Under the pieces are notes generated by a model. It did not search any database. It was not told where the DNA came from and worked only from the letters and a program-made list of their open reading frames with translations. Both the position numbers and the translations under genes were made by a program. Shown one piece after another: positions 63,220 through 64,000 of a stretch of DNA of 64,000 nucleotides; the stretch's first letter is position 1, and each line of letters opens with the position of its first letter. The stretch covers positions 189,315 through 253,314 of the forward strand of contig CACGON010000001.1 in assembly GCA_902574695.1 (NCBI GenBank). The letters run 5' to 3'. Origin of the DNA: an uncultured Pelagibacteraceae bacterium. GTDB taxonomy: Bacteria > Pseudomonadota > Alphaproteobacteria > Pelagibacterales > Pelagibacteraceae.

Positions 63220-63877
63220 ATCCAGATCCTCGTATAGTTTGTAAATATTTTGGTTTTTTTGGTTCAATCTCTATTTTTTTCCTTAACCGTGTGATTATAA
63301 CATCAATGGATCTTTCTTTATCAATATCAATCAAATTACCAATATAATCTCTTGAAAAAATTTCTCCAGGGGAATTAATCATTTTTTCAAGAATTACTTT
63401 TTCGGTGTTGTTGATTTTAAATTGATCTTTTCTATTTTGAATTATTAACTTATTTAAATCAATTTTAATATTACCAAATTCAATAATTCTTTTAGTATTT
63501 TTATTTGAGGTTTTCGCTAATATATTTTTAATTCTTAAAACAAGCTCTTTTGGCTCGAATGGTTTAGGCAGATAGTCATCAGCCCCTTTTTCCAATCCCT
63601 CAACTCTTTCATCTGTCTCACCTTTTGCTGTTAAAAGAATAATTGGAGTATCAATTTTTTTCCTATTTGATGAAATAAATTCTAATCCACTTTGACCTGG
63701 CATCATAATATCAAGAACTATTAAATCAAACTTTATAAATGAAATTTTTTCTTGAGCATCTTCTGCACTATTTGCAGTAGTAATCAAAAAATTTTTTTCT
63801 ATGAGATATTTTTTTACAAGATCTCTAATACCATCATCATCATCAACGACTAGGATATGAGCCTCAAATTTTTTCAT
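63200..63877 (-). CDS. OmpR-family response regulator
   Basis: LVVDDD, LDIMMP, LTAK, GADDY..KPF, RSIDV.I.RLR.KIE, QTIRG.GY. Confidence 0.95.
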   Translation of the reverse strand: MKKFEAHILVVDDDDGIRDLVKKYLIEKNFLITTANSAEDAQEKISFIKFDLIVLDIMMPGQSGLEFISSNRKKIDTPIILLTAKGETDERVEGLEKGADDYLPKPFEPKELVLRIKNILAKTSNKNTKRIIEFGNIKIDLNKLIIQNRKDQFKINNTEKVILEKMINSPGEIFSRDYIGNLIDIDKERSIDVIITRLRKKIEIEPKKPKYLQTIRGSGYVLWIE

Positions 63878-64000
63878 TAATTATCTTTTTTATTACATTG
63901 TTAAAATTATTAACCTCATTTGATGAGGAATTTAGAAGAGCATTATAAATTCTTTTTTTTTGAGAGGAAAAAATTTCTTCAAATATTCGAGATCCTTTCT
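63864..64000 (-). CDS. C-terminal end of a probable MarR-family regulator (5' partial)
   Basis: Hand translation ...KGSRIFEEIFSSQKKRIYNALLNSSSNEVNNFNNVIKKIINEKI*, stop overlaps the response regulator start; family call rests on usual marR-ompR-envZ synteny. Confidence 0.55.
   Translation of the reverse strand, partial: KGSRIFEEIFSSQKKRIYNALLNSSSNEVNNFNNVIKKIINEKI

Overview
Very AT-rich (roughly 27-30% GC by eye), extremely gene-dense alphaproteobacterial chromosome segment. Gene content, gene order and minimal intergenic spacing point to a streamlined SAR11/Pelagibacterales genome; this is an inference, since there is no rRNA gene in the window. The window is almost entirely core housekeeping: groESL, ribF-ileS-lspA, purD, lipid A genes (msbA-waaA-lpxK-lpxL), aa3 cytochrome c oxidase (coxBA-ctaB-coxF-ctaG-coxC-surf1), thrC/thrB, ispH/ispE, a retinal biosynthesis cluster (crtI-crtB-crtY-blh) directly behind the F0 ATP synthase genes, smc, mutY, ccrM, tRNA-Gln, cca, greA, hemF, petABC, ychF-pth-rplY-prs, lgt and an OmpR/EnvZ-type pair. 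I found no mobile element, prophage, CRISPR array or defence island. The most unusual observations are: (1) an 857-aa SMC with intact ATPase heads but no recognisable hinge domain; (2) ribF interrupted by one in-frame TAG at the FAD-synthetase/riboflavin-kinase domain boundary; (3) four GANTC sites clustered upstream of ccrM; (4) the CCA-adding enzyme start codon 3 nt after the CCA end of tRNA-Gln; (5) a family-4 UDG lacking most of its Fe-S cysteines; (6) an unannotated 40-aa CoxF-like ORF; (7) a haloacid dehalogenase/DoxX/pirin/quinone reductase cassette between ubiA and rsmE. All product calls come from motif and family recognition by eye; no database searches were run.
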